A stretch of DNA of 25,620 bases, taken from IMG/VR virus record IMGVR_UViG_3300025280_001244, positions 1 to 25,620 of that record. The stretch is one strand, 5' to 3'. Both the position numbers and the translations under genes were made by a program. The stretch comes from a virus. Taxonomy: Duplodnaviria > Caudoviricetes. This document shows positions 9,938 through 18,440 of the stretch, piece by piece. The notes below the pieces were generated by a model. That model had not been told where the DNA came from and did not search any database. It saw only the letters and a program-made list of their open reading frames with translations. Position 1 is the first letter of the stretch. Each line of letters opens with the position of its first letter.

Positions 9938-10867
9938 TTATCTCTTAAAATCTTTGAGCATTACAGCATCAATTGTAGTAGCACTTCTAGCATTATAGAC
10001 TATCATATCTGCTGCCCCACTGGTAGAAGTAGCAGCAGGTGCAGATCCACTTACAAATTTCCATACAGCATTATAGCTAAGAGTTCTTCCTCCAGTAGCA
10101 TCCTGTATTACATAGATACTTCCTGTTTGTCCTGCCGTAGCATTAGAAGGAGCAGCTAGTGTTCTATTACCACCCAGAGTTACTAAAAAGTTATTACCTG
10201 TATTCATTGATACTGCAATAGAAGCTGCATCTGTAAGTGTCGTAATAAATGATTTTACTGGACCTGATACTGAAAGTATTCCATCTATTCTTACCGTACT
10301 GGTAAAAACAACAGAAGCTGTAAAATGTTTATCAGCTACAATCGTACTTGATACAGAGGTAGGAACATATCTTATATCAGCAAGAGAAGTATCTGGAATT
10401 TCTGTAGCACAAACTCCTACATTTCTAGAAGCTGCTGTACCTGTATCACCAATTACAGAAAAGACAGATGTTCCATTTGTTATATAATAACCATTTCCAC
10501 TTCCTACTGTTACTCCTGTATTACCTGCTACTCTTAAAACAACTGCATCAGTAGCTGTTGTATTAGCTGAGACTACATTTCTAATGACATATGTTTTAGG
10601 TGAATTAGGTATTAGAACAATAATAGAAGTATTAGCTCCTCCTACTGTTCCTTTAAATTCTAGGATAGCAGATCTGGATTGATCACTACTTCCCTGATTT
10701 TCTGTAAGAGTAACGGTAGCAGCAGATCCAATAGAAACAGTTGTATAAGAAGCAACAGCTTGATCAACAAGGCTCATTACATTATTGAGAACATCACCCC
10801 ATGTATTTGGATTGTCTCCATCTCCTTGTTTTGTTAAACGTAGATTTGTTGTATATGAACTAGCCAT
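9938..10867 (-). CDS. tail fibre / tail appendage protein
   Basis: 309 aa, Ser/Thr/Gly/Ala-rich; N-terminal MASSYTTNLRLTKQGDGDNPNTWGDVLN virion-anchor-type motif; C-terminal ~95-aa domain homologous to that of the 808-aa fibre; GGGAG upstream. Confidence 0.7.
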   Translation of the reverse strand: MASSYTTNLRLTKQGDGDNPNTWGDVLNNVMSLVDQAVASYTTVSIGSAATVTLTENQGSSDQSRSAILEFKGTVGGANTSIIVLIPNSPKTYVIRNVVSANTTATDAVVLRVAGNTGVTVGSGNGYYITNGTSVFSVIGDTGTAASRNVGVCATEIPDTSLADIRYVPTSVSSTIVADKHFTASVVFTSTVRIDGILSVSGPVKSFITTLTDAASIAVSMNTGNNFLVTLGGNRTLAAPSNATAGQTGSIYVIQDATGGRTLSYNAVWKFVSGSAPAATSTSGAADMIVYNARSATTIDAVMLKDFKR

Positions 10868-10872
10868 TTATC

Positions 10873-11223
10873 TTACTCCCATATCCTTAATCTTGTATTC
10901 TTTTTAAGAGATTTTGGAGATTCTAACATTCCCGGTATTCCTGAAAAATAAATACAAGATATACCTGATACATTAGAAAGCATAGATGTCCAAATCCCTT
11001 CCTTTTTTAAATATATTTTAAATACATTAGATTGATCTACAATTCCTGTAAATACTATTTGATCATTTTTAAATACTTTTACCATCTCTTTTGTTGTAGC
11101 ACAATGAGCAGGTAAAGTTGTCATTATAGTTCCTAAAATTAATTCAGGCTTTTTCTTTTGAGCATGGATAGATCCAGAAATAAAAAAAAGTAAGATACTA
11201 GAAATTAATATTTTTTTAAACAT
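10873..11223 (-). CDS. putative exported protein with Sec signal peptide
   Basis: 116 aa; MFKKILISSILLFFISGSIHA|Q shows basic n-region, hydrophobic h-region and small-residue cleavage site; two Cys in mature part; GGAGGAG upstream. Confidence 0.65.
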   Translation of the reverse strand: MFKKILISSILLFFISGSIHAQKKKPELILGTIMTTLPAHCATTKEMVKVFKNDQIVFTGIVDQSNVFKIYLKKEGIWTSMLSNVSGISCIYFSGIPGMLESPKSLKKNTRLRIWE

Positions 11224-11720
11224 TACTCCTCCAATTCAGGCCATACGTAAAGAATACCTGATTTAACAGAACCATCATCGTTATGTACAACCCATAAATC
11301 AGCTATTTCATCTACACTAGAACAGGCATTAACAGCAGTTTCCATCTCTGTAGCTTTAGTACGAATTGCATCACGCCATGTCTGAATGTTTGTTGGAACA
11401 GCCGTTCCTTTATCAGCCTTACGAATAATAGCCCAATCACTTTCACTTAAACGTGTAAGTTGATTACTATCAATTTGTTTTTTTATGTCTGCTTTAAGAA
11501 AGGACATAGACTTAGCAGTAGATGTGACTTTTCCATTATCATCCATTTCCCAATCATATAACCTGCCATCTGGTGGAGTATCTTCCTTAATCTCTGTTAC
11601 ACCCCTCTCAGCTTTTTCATCAGCAGACCAGATATTCCAGTTTTTAGGATACTGAACCCCCTCATCGTCCCTCCATCCCTTACCCGGATATATACGGGTA
11701 GTTTTATATTTATAGATCAT
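11223..11720 (-). CDS. tail fibre assembly chaperone-like protein
   Basis: 165 aa; G-V-Q-Y-P-x-N-W N-terminal motif, L-x-x-S-D-W...W-R-D-A-I-R helical hairpin and terminal WP typical of phage tail-fibre assembly proteins; AGGAG upstream. Confidence 0.65.
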   Translation of the reverse strand: MIYKYKTTRIYPGKGWRDDEGVQYPKNWNIWSADEKAERGVTEIKEDTPPDGRLYDWEMDDNGKVTSTAKSMSFLKADIKKQIDSNQLTRLSESDWAIIRKADKGTAVPTNIQTWRDAIRTKATEMETAVNACSSVDEIADLWVVHNDDGSVKSGILYVWPELEE

Positions 11721-11946
11721 TCGTCTTCTCCTGTTTACAAACTCTTTGAATAATAATAACTTTATCTGAAGTTTCTACTATATACGTTACTTCATTCTCT
11801 TTAGCTTTCCTAGTAACTGGGGATTCCTTAATTATAGTTGCTGGAAACCATTCAAGAGTTTTTAGAAACTTATTACTTTCTTTAAATATTTTTGATAATT
11901 CTCCAATATAACCTATGCTGCCATTTTCAACATATGCGTATTGCAT
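11710..11946 (-). CDS. small hypothetical protein (possible fibre-assembly accessory)
   Basis: 78 aa, AAGGAG upstream of ATG; overlaps neighbours; MQYAYVENGSI...LKTLEWFP pattern resembles N-termini of tail-cassette accessory proteins. Confidence 0.55.
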   Translation of the reverse strand: MQYAYVENGSIGYIGELSKIFKESNKFLKTLEWFPATIIKESPVTRKAKENEVTYIVETSDKVIIIQRVCKQEKTNDL

Positions 11947-13637
11947 TTTAACTTCTCCTTAATTTCGGAAAATGGATGTTCCCAAGACCCATACTCCTTC
12001 TGTCTAAATAACGTAACACTATCATAATAGGGTGATTTATTACCCGGTAATGCCCACAGATAATAAGATAAAACAGGAACTACGATCCACGTTTCTATTC
12101 CCATTGCAGCAGAAAGATGAGCTATACTTGTACACGAACTTATTACTAATTCACACTCACTAATTGCTGTTCTAGTCATCTCCCAGTTTTGTAAAGGAGC
12201 TTGTTTCATCCATGTTGGTCTTAAATCTGCATCTTTATCTCTTTGCAAAGAAATACAATTATGTCCTTTTACAGCATCAAACATTAAGTCAGGAGGGAAA
12301 AATCTGTGCTGTTCGTGTTCAAACTGTGGATTACCACTCCATCTCACACCTATTCTTCCGGGTATAGGATCAGCAGTACGTTTAATATATGGAGTTCCCT
12401 TTAAGTCTTTATACTCATATTTAAAAGGAACAGTAGCCGACATCGAAGGAATCCAGTAATCATGATACACACTACAAGCAGCCTTACTTTCAACAACAAT
12501 AAAATCTTTTGCAAAGATAGAACCAATCTCTGAAGAACAGGAAATTACCACACGATTTCCACGATCCTGTAAATCAAAAGCCCAACGGTAACTGTTAATC
12601 TGATCACCAAGACCTCCTTCTAAATTTAAAAGAACCGTTCCTTCTTCACCATTCCATATAGGTTTAGCACTTCCTATGTGACGATTACCGAAAACATTAT
12701 TCATTCTTCCATAATCAAGAAGGTTATGACCTTCAAATAATTTCCCCTGACGAAGCAAATACCATCCACGATTAAAATTAGCCCTGTGATTGTCTGGCTG
12801 TTTCTTTTGCAATTGTTGGGCAATTTCCCAACCTTTTTTAAAATCTCCACGTAACCCCGCCTCTAGTTGTAAGTCTAATAAATTATCTCTTTTTGGCTCT
12901 GGTTTATCGTTCCAAAACTCACCACCTTCATACTGCTTCCAAAGATGATCACCGATAAGTTCTTGGGCATTATATTTCTCTGCCTGTACTTTTGATCGAA
13001 CTTTGTGAAGATCTTTTATTCCCCAAATCCTATCTTCTTCATTAGAAGGAGGAACATTATTAAGATCGTGATCAAATTTCTTTACACCGATAAAATCAGA
13101 AATACGATCCATTTGATCTTGAGTGTTGCTAACTAAATCAGAATACTCAATTAACAAAAAGTTATCGGGATATTTTTCATAACTTATTCTTATGCTTGTA
13201 TAAGTATCAAGTATAGTTTCTAACCATATTTTTAATGTAGTATCTACCTTACTTCCTTGAAGAGTATCGGGATTAAATATCTTCATTGCTGAAGCTATAC
13301 ATTCATTAACAGGACGTACTGTTGCTACAATCTTTATTGTATCCTGTACCTTTTTCATTAACTCAATAATATTCGGCCATCCTCTAGATTTATCAAAAAT
13401 TATAGGTTTATCTATATTAGCATATCGTTGATGCTGTAGGAGTTTAATACACTCTTCTTGACTTAAACCATCAGTTGATCCTACTGGACTTGCTGAATTT
13501 GTTTTCCACAAATGATCAAATGCTTCTATCATATCAGACAGATTACTGGTATTACTTGCATAAGTATCAGGGCGTTGATTCAGTAAACACTTTAAAAGTG
13601 TCGAACCAGAACGAGGAAAGCCTGTTAAAAAATACAT
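11913..13637 (-). CDS. sulfotransferase-family / TPR / GT-B (GT9 heptosyltransferase-like) glycosyltransferase fusion
   Basis: 574 aa. N-terminal P-loop 5'-PSB motif GFPRSGSTLL, DKSRGW, 3'-PB-like TVRPVNECIAS and IEYSDLV; central TPR-like helices (QPDNHRANFNRGWYLLRQG); C-terminal EGGLGDQI, IGVRWSGNP, ISLQ, LVISSCTSIAHLSAAMG, SPYYDSVTLFRQ motifs of TPR-associated GT9-like domains. Confidence 0.85.
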   Translation of the reverse strand: MYFLTGFPRSGSTLLKCLLNQRPDTYASNTSNLSDMIEAFDHLWKTNSASPVGSTDGLSQEECIKLLQHQRYANIDKPIIFDKSRGWPNIIELMKKVQDTIKIVATVRPVNECIASAMKIFNPDTLQGSKVDTTLKIWLETILDTYTSIRISYEKYPDNFLLIEYSDLVSNTQDQMDRISDFIGVKKFDHDLNNVPPSNEEDRIWGIKDLHKVRSKVQAEKYNAQELIGDHLWKQYEGGEFWNDKPEPKRDNLLDLQLEAGLRGDFKKGWEIAQQLQKKQPDNHRANFNRGWYLLRQGKLFEGHNLLDYGRMNNVFGNRHIGSAKPIWNGEEGTVLLNLEGGLGDQINSYRWAFDLQDRGNRVVISCSSEIGSIFAKDFIVVESKAACSVYHDYWIPSMSATVPFKYEYKDLKGTPYIKRTADPIPGRIGVRWSGNPQFEHEQHRFFPPDLMFDAVKGHNCISLQRDKDADLRPTWMKQAPLQNWEMTRTAISECELVISSCTSIAHLSAAMGIETWIVVPVLSYYLWALPGNKSPYYDSVTLFRQKEYGSWEHPFSEIKEKLKCNTHMLKMAA

Positions 13638-13643
13638 ATGTTA

Positions 13644-14813
13644 TCAAAGTCCTCTAATATTACTGGAATAAGCACTACCACCCCTATTATTCCCCCAATC
13701 CGTATCTGAACCAATCTGAACAGGTGAAGAACGGTTTGTTGTGTCTCCAATACCTAAATTTCCAGAATCATTACCCCCCCATACCCAGATAGAACCGTCT
13801 GTTTTAGTAGCACCATTCATGAATTCTCCCGGCAAACATCTATGCCAATCCGTATCAGAGCCAACCTGAACAGGTGAAGAACGGTCTGTTGTGTCTCCAA
13901 GACCTAATTGGCCATAACTATTTTCTCCACATAGCCAAAGAGTTCCGTCAGCCTTTATGAGAGTAGTAGTGAGATGTCCAGCACCAAAATGTTTATAATC
14001 CGTGATTGATCCTAGTTGTACAGGGGAACTTTTATTGTTTAAAGATCCAGAAGTTCCAAGACCTAATTGACCGTCTTTATTATACCCCCATCCCCAGATA
14101 GAACCATCAGTTCGTTCTGCAAATACATGATAAGACGTTGCACTCACCCATTTCCAGTCTGTATCTGAGCCAATTTGAACAGGTGAAGAACGAGAAGTTT
14201 CATCACCTTGACCTAGTTGTCCTGTTGCGTTATTACCCCATGTCCATAATGTACCATCCGATTTAATAAAAAATGCACTATTAGTGGCGATTGCCATAGT
14301 ATTAAAGCCACCGTTTATATCGTCTTGCGTTACACTTCCCTTCCAATCAGTTAAGGAACCGATTTGAGTCATGGAAGAATAAACATTCTCCGAATCACCC
14401 TGTGCGCCTTGTCCCTTATCATTTCTTCCACAAAAATATAATGTTCCGTCAGTCTTTAAACCATAACTAGTATCATTCCCTTGCTGTATTTGGAACCAAT
14501 CCGTATCAGAACCAATTTGTGTGGGAGAGGATTTGTTTTCTACAGATCCCTGCCCCAATCCACCATAACGACCTCTACCCCATGCCCAAATAGTACCATC
14601 TGTTCTCGTAGCACCCCCAATACCATTAGAACCATGTGTAGAAATACTTACCCAATCTTCATCAGAACCAACCTGAACAGGGGAAGACTTATTAGTTGTA
14701 GTTCCATCTGCTAACCGGCCACTAAAACCCATGCCCCATGTCCAAAGTTGACCACCAGTCGTTCCTCCTGTTGTTGAAGCAGCACCCATTAATAAATTAT
14801 TTTGAAAAACCAT
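13644..14813 (-). CDS. RCC1/BLIP-II-like repeat beta-propeller protein, putative receptor-binding module
   Basis: 389 aa; seven ~50-aa repeats of DG-T/S-L/I-W-x-WG-x-N-x-x-GQLG-x-G...SSPVQ-I/V-GSDTDW; short N-terminal MVFQNNLLMGAA leader plus Gly/Thr linker; TAATG-coupled to the tail fibre gene. Confidence 0.85.
   Translation of the reverse strand: MVFQNNLLMGAASTTGGTTGGQLWTWGMGFSGRLADGTTTNKSSPVQVGSDEDWVSISTHGSNGIGGATRTDGTIWAWGRGRYGGLGQGSVENKSSPTQIGSDTDWFQIQQGNDTSYGLKTDGTLYFCGRNDKGQGAQGDSENVYSSMTQIGSLTDWKGSVTQDDINGGFNTMAIATNSAFFIKSDGTLWTWGNNATGQLGQGDETSRSSPVQIGSDTDWKWVSATSYHVFAERTDGSIWGWGYNKDGQLGLGTSGSLNNKSSPVQLGSITDYKHFGAGHLTTTLIKADGTLWLCGENSYGQLGLGDTTDRSSPVQVGSDTDWHRCLPGEFMNGATKTDGSIWVWGGNDSGNLGIGDTTNRSSPVQIGSDTDWGNNRGGSAYSSNIRGL
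13695..13900. repeat. near-identical 56-bp direct repeat within RCC1 gene (13695-13750 and 13845-13900)
   Basis: 52 of 56 positions identical by manual alignment, 150 bp apart, encoding the last two propeller blades. Confidence 0.85.
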
Positions 14814-17239
14814 TATCCATATTCCTGTGATAAAATTGCTTGTATATTTTCACCTGTATTGTCACTTGAAATAGAAGCAACAATATAATCAAGTCTATCT
14901 ACGGCTCCATTAGAAGTAGAAAAGGTTGGATCTGTAGCTGCTGGAAACTTCCAAGCAGCATTCCAAGCTAGAGTCCCACTTCCTCCTGACTGTACAAAGA
15001 AGACACTACCTACTTGACCTACTCTAGCATTAGTAGGTCTAGCCATTGTATGTGCTGCTGTAACCGTAGTCAGAAAGTTTTGTGCTGTACCAAAATTAAG
15101 AGAAACAGAAGTTATACCATTAATAGCCGTTGTATGTACGGCTGCTGCTGCTGACTCAGTTAGTTGTAACTGACCTTCAAGAGAAGTATTACCACTTACT
15201 CTAATTGTACCTAAAAATCCTGAATTACCTGTTATAGTAGTAGTACCACCTACTGCAAAGTTACCTGTTAGAGTTGTATTACCTACAATCGTAACTGTAC
15301 CACCAACATAAAGATTAGTTCCTATAGAAACATCTCCACTTACAGAAACATCACCATCAAAGTTTGCATTCCCTGTTGCTTGGAAAGTACCTCCTACTGA
15401 AACATTAGTAGCTACATCAAGATCACCAGATACAGAAACATCACTTTCAAATATAGCAATACCAACTACTGTAACTGTTGAACCTAACTGAGTAGCTCCT
15501 GTAGCTGTTAGAGTACCTCCTATAGATGCATTTGTAGCCACATCTATATCTCCACTAACTGATACATCACCTTCAAATACAGCCTTACCTACAACTGTTA
15601 CTGTAGATCCTAATTGAGCAGCCCCTGTGGCAGTAAAAGTACCACCTATGGAAGCATTAGTAGCTACATCTAAATCTCCCGAAATAGACACATCAGTTTC
15701 AAATATACCAATTCCTGCTACCGTTACTGTTCCTCCTACAAATAAATTTCCACCAATTGTAGCATTATTAACAGATATATTTCCTGTTATATCAATAGGA
15801 ACATTTGTAATATTAGAACCATCTCCAAAGAAAGCAGAAGCACATACTTTACTACTTACATGTACATCTCCCTTAACAGTTACATTTCCTCCTATAGAAA
15901 CATTACCACCTACATCCAGAGTACCACCTACAGAAGCATTTGTACTAACTCTTACAGCACCTCCTACACCTAGATCTCCTGTCATAGTTGTATTACCTAC
16001 AATCGTTACAGTACCACCCACAAAGAGATTAGTACCTATAGATACATCACCAGATACAGATACATCTCCATCGAAGTTTGCATTACCAGTTATCTGTGCA
16101 GTTCCTCCTACAGAGACATTCCCTGCCATATCCACATTACCACTAACTGATACACTGTCTTCAAAAATAGCTGCACCAGCTACAGTAACAGTAGATCCTA
16201 GATTAGTAGCTCCTCCTACACTTAAATTACCTCCAATACTAGCATGACTTGCTATTGTAACTGTACTTAGAAAGTTAGCTGCACTTCCTACACTAAGAGT
16301 AGATGCTAGAGAAGTTGCTCCTGCTACAGTTAAAGTACCATTTACATTTACAAAACTACTTACAGAAGCTCCACTTTGAAATGTAGCTGCTCCTACAACA
16401 TTAAATGGTCCAGATACTGATACACTTCCACCTGCATGTATAAATCCCGATACTGAAATATTTGTAGCTATCCCTAGTTCTGCTTCAACATTTGTTAGTT
16501 CAGAGCCATCTCCATAAAACTTATTAGCTGTTACATTTCCGACTACATTAAGATTTCCACTTACAGATACATCATCTCTAAACTTGGCAATACCTCCAAT
16601 ACAAGCAGAAGTAGCTACATCAAGTCTTCCACTTACTGATACATCATTCTTAAATTCTGACTTAGCTGTAAATGTACTAGCTCCTGTTACTGCCAATGTT
16701 CCACCTACTGAAGCATTAGTAGCTACATCAAGATCTCCACTAACCGAAACATCTCCCTCAAATACTCCCTTACCTACTACCGTTACGGTAGAACCTAATT
16801 GAGTAGCACCAGTAGCTGTTAATGTTCCTCCTATACTTGTATTACCTGCCACATCAAATGTACCACTTACAGTTACATTAGATTCAAATACTGCATTTCC
16901 TATTACAGATAAGGTTCCACCTATTATAGCATGACTGACTGATATATCTCCACCAACAGAAGCTGTAATACCAGTAAGATTAGAACCATCTCCAAAAAAA
17001 GAACTTGCACAAACTTTATCTCTTACAAGTAAACTTCCACTTACACTAGCATGTCCATGTACTCTAAAAGTACCTGAAACTTGTACTGCCGATGTCCCAA
17101 TATTTAAAGCACTAGCTGTTCCATCCCCTGATTGTACGTTTGTTATTGAAGTTTTTACTCCAGTATTTGTTGTACTGGCATTAATCTGTAGTAACTGCTT
17201 ATAGGTATCTGATATTAATTTTCCTGTTAAGTCTGTCAT
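14813..17239 (-). CDS. long beta-helical tail fibre / spike protein
   Basis: Start re-assigned to ATG at 17239 (ATGA overlap; MTDLTGK), 808 aa. Val/Gly/Ser/Thr-rich 6-residue periodicity (DVSVSG DLDVAT NASVGG TLTATG), three F-x-GDGS-x-L/I-T motifs, C-terminal domain shared with the 309-aa fibre. Confidence 0.8.
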   Translation of the reverse strand: MTDLTGKLISDTYKQLLQINASTTNTGVKTSITNVQSGDGTASALNIGTSAVQVSGTFRVHGHASVSGSLLVRDKVCASSFFGDGSNLTGITASVGGDISVSHAIIGGTLSVIGNAVFESNVTVSGTFDVAGNTSIGGTLTATGATQLGSTVTVVGKGVFEGDVSVSGDLDVATNASVGGTLAVTGASTFTAKSEFKNDVSVSGRLDVATSACIGGIAKFRDDVSVSGNLNVVGNVTANKFYGDGSELTNVEAELGIATNISVSGFIHAGGSVSVSGPFNVVGAATFQSGASVSSFVNVNGTLTVAGATSLASTLSVGSAANFLSTVTIASHASIGGNLSVGGATNLGSTVTVAGAAIFEDSVSVSGNVDMAGNVSVGGTAQITGNANFDGDVSVSGDVSIGTNLFVGGTVTIVGNTTMTGDLGVGGAVRVSTNASVGGTLDVGGNVSIGGNVTVKGDVHVSSKVCASAFFGDGSNITNVPIDITGNISVNNATIGGNLFVGGTVTVAGIGIFETDVSISGDLDVATNASIGGTFTATGAAQLGSTVTVVGKAVFEGDVSVSGDIDVATNASIGGTLTATGATQLGSTVTVVGIAIFESDVSVSGDLDVATNVSVGGTFQATGNANFDGDVSVSGDVSIGTNLYVGGTVTIVGNTTLTGNFAVGGTTTITGNSGFLGTIRVSGNTSLEGQLQLTESAAAAVHTTAINGITSVSLNFGTAQNFLTTVTAAHTMARPTNARVGQVGSVFFVQSGGSGTLAWNAAWKFPAATDPTFSTSNGAVDRLDYIVASISSDNTGENIQAILSQEYG

Positions 17240-17559
17240 ATTGCATCCCAACTTTTGTTAGCATCATCATACTGTGTTGTATGTCTTGTTTCTGCCAGAG
17301 TTGTAGGATTTACTGTTATCCATGTAACAGTCTTATCCCATGTAGTTCCTCTACCACCTGTATCAGGTCTAGGATTTCTAATAGCAGGGTTATCTTTTAC
17401 TCTTGGTACTTTATTTTGAGGGTTATTTTTTAAATCAAATTGACCTTCAAAATCCTGTGGACATACCACTAATCCATAACTATTTAATCTCATTACTCTA
17501 TGTGGATATACAAAACCACAGATATCACATTGAGCTAGAGCATTCCTTTGTGTAGCCAT
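17236..17559 (-). CDS. conserved phage protein with Zn-ribbon-like motif
   Basis: 107 aa; A-x-C-D-I-C-G-F-x-Y...G-L-V-V-C-P-x-D and A-I-R-N-P-R-P-D motifs; coupled to adaptor gene by TAATG. Confidence 0.65.
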   Translation of the reverse strand: MATQRNALAQCDICGFVYPHRVMRLNSYGLVVCPQDFEGQFDLKNNPQNKVPRVKDNPAIRNPRPDTGGRGTTWDKTVTWITVNPTTLAETRHTTQYDDANKSWDAI

Positions 17560-18236
17560 TAATTATAAAAAGTTAGACGAGGCAATAGATAGATACTGGC
17601 TCTTTCTCTATCTTCTTCCATAGCTCTTCCTAACTTTTCCTCATAGTTTGTTTTCAACATAGCAATTTTTGTGTCGGCTACCAGAGGTCTTTTCATAGAC
17701 ATATAGTAAGCTAATCCACAAGTTAATGCTGGTAAAAATCTTTTTGGTACATCTGCATTTTGATCAGCAGATTTATTTGTATCTTCAACTTCTTTAACTA
17801 TTTCTATTTTTAAAATATCTGTAGAATTATCTGGTATCGGCCATACAGACATTACTGGATTATCTCTTTTCCTTCTAACACTATACTGATTAGGTTTACC
17901 TGTTTGTGTCTTGGCAGGAATAATCAAGTACTCTTCAGGAGTAATACGAGTTAGTTTAACATCTGTATTATCTCTACTGATAACAACTTCAAGAGCATTA
18001 ATCGTACTGCTTGCCAGATCGTATGCAGTAGTCGAAGCAACTACTGTTACAGCCGTAGTACTGGTAGTCCAGAGAAGTATACCCCTATTCTGCCAATCTC
18101 TTAACATAAGATTGATAGAACGTCTGGCTGAAGCTGGCTCATGACCAAGAGTATCTTCACCCCCAATCATTTCCATAGCTTCTTGGATTACTTCATCTAT
18201 ATCCAGATTAAAATTATATGTGCCTGATACTGCCAT
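17559..18236 (-). CDS. head-tail adaptor (tail tubular A / P22 gp4-like) protein
   Basis: 225 aa; SGTYNFNLDIDEVIQEA, ARRSINLML..W.NRGILLW, TGKPNQY, VWPIPD, DVPKRFLPALTCGLAYY motifs typical of podoviral adaptor proteins. Confidence 0.7.
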   Translation of the reverse strand: MAVSGTYNFNLDIDEVIQEAMEMIGGEDTLGHEPASARRSINLMLRDWQNRGILLWTTSTTAVTVVASTTAYDLASSTINALEVVISRDNTDVKLTRITPEEYLIIPAKTQTGKPNQYSVRRKRDNPVMSVWPIPDNSTDILKIEIVKEVEDTNKSADQNADVPKRFLPALTCGLAYYMSMKRPLVADTKIAMLKTNYEEKLGRAMEEDRERASIYLLPRLTFYN

Positions 18237-18436
18237 TATGTTCCTATCTTTTTAATTCTTATATCAGCCCCTTTTATATAAGAAGAAAACATATTCGGTA
18301 AAATAAAAGGAAATACTCCATGTATAATTAATCCAATCATGACCAGTGTTCCTCTTATACTTTCAACCCATGTAAATATTAAATGTCTCATATAATTTAA
18401 TTTTACATCTCTTAAATGTTTAAAATTCATGATCAT
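18236..18436 (-). CDS. small membrane protein, DUF6356-like
   Basis: 66 aa; H-L-x5-Y-x-x-H then hydrophobic helix ending I-H-G-V-F-P-F-I-L; GGAG upstream; pattern recalled as DUF6356-like, not verified by search. Confidence 0.5.
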   Translation of the reverse strand: MIMNFKHLRDVKLNYMRHLIFTWVESIRGTLVMIGLIIHGVFPFILPNMFSSYIKGADIRIKKIGT

Positions 18437-18440
18437 ATTT

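Noticed and set aside
13695-13900. Near-identical repeats as template/variable repeats of a diversity-generating retroelement
   Set aside because: Both copies are in-frame propeller blades, mismatches are not exclusively at adenines, and no reverse transcriptase is present in the window.
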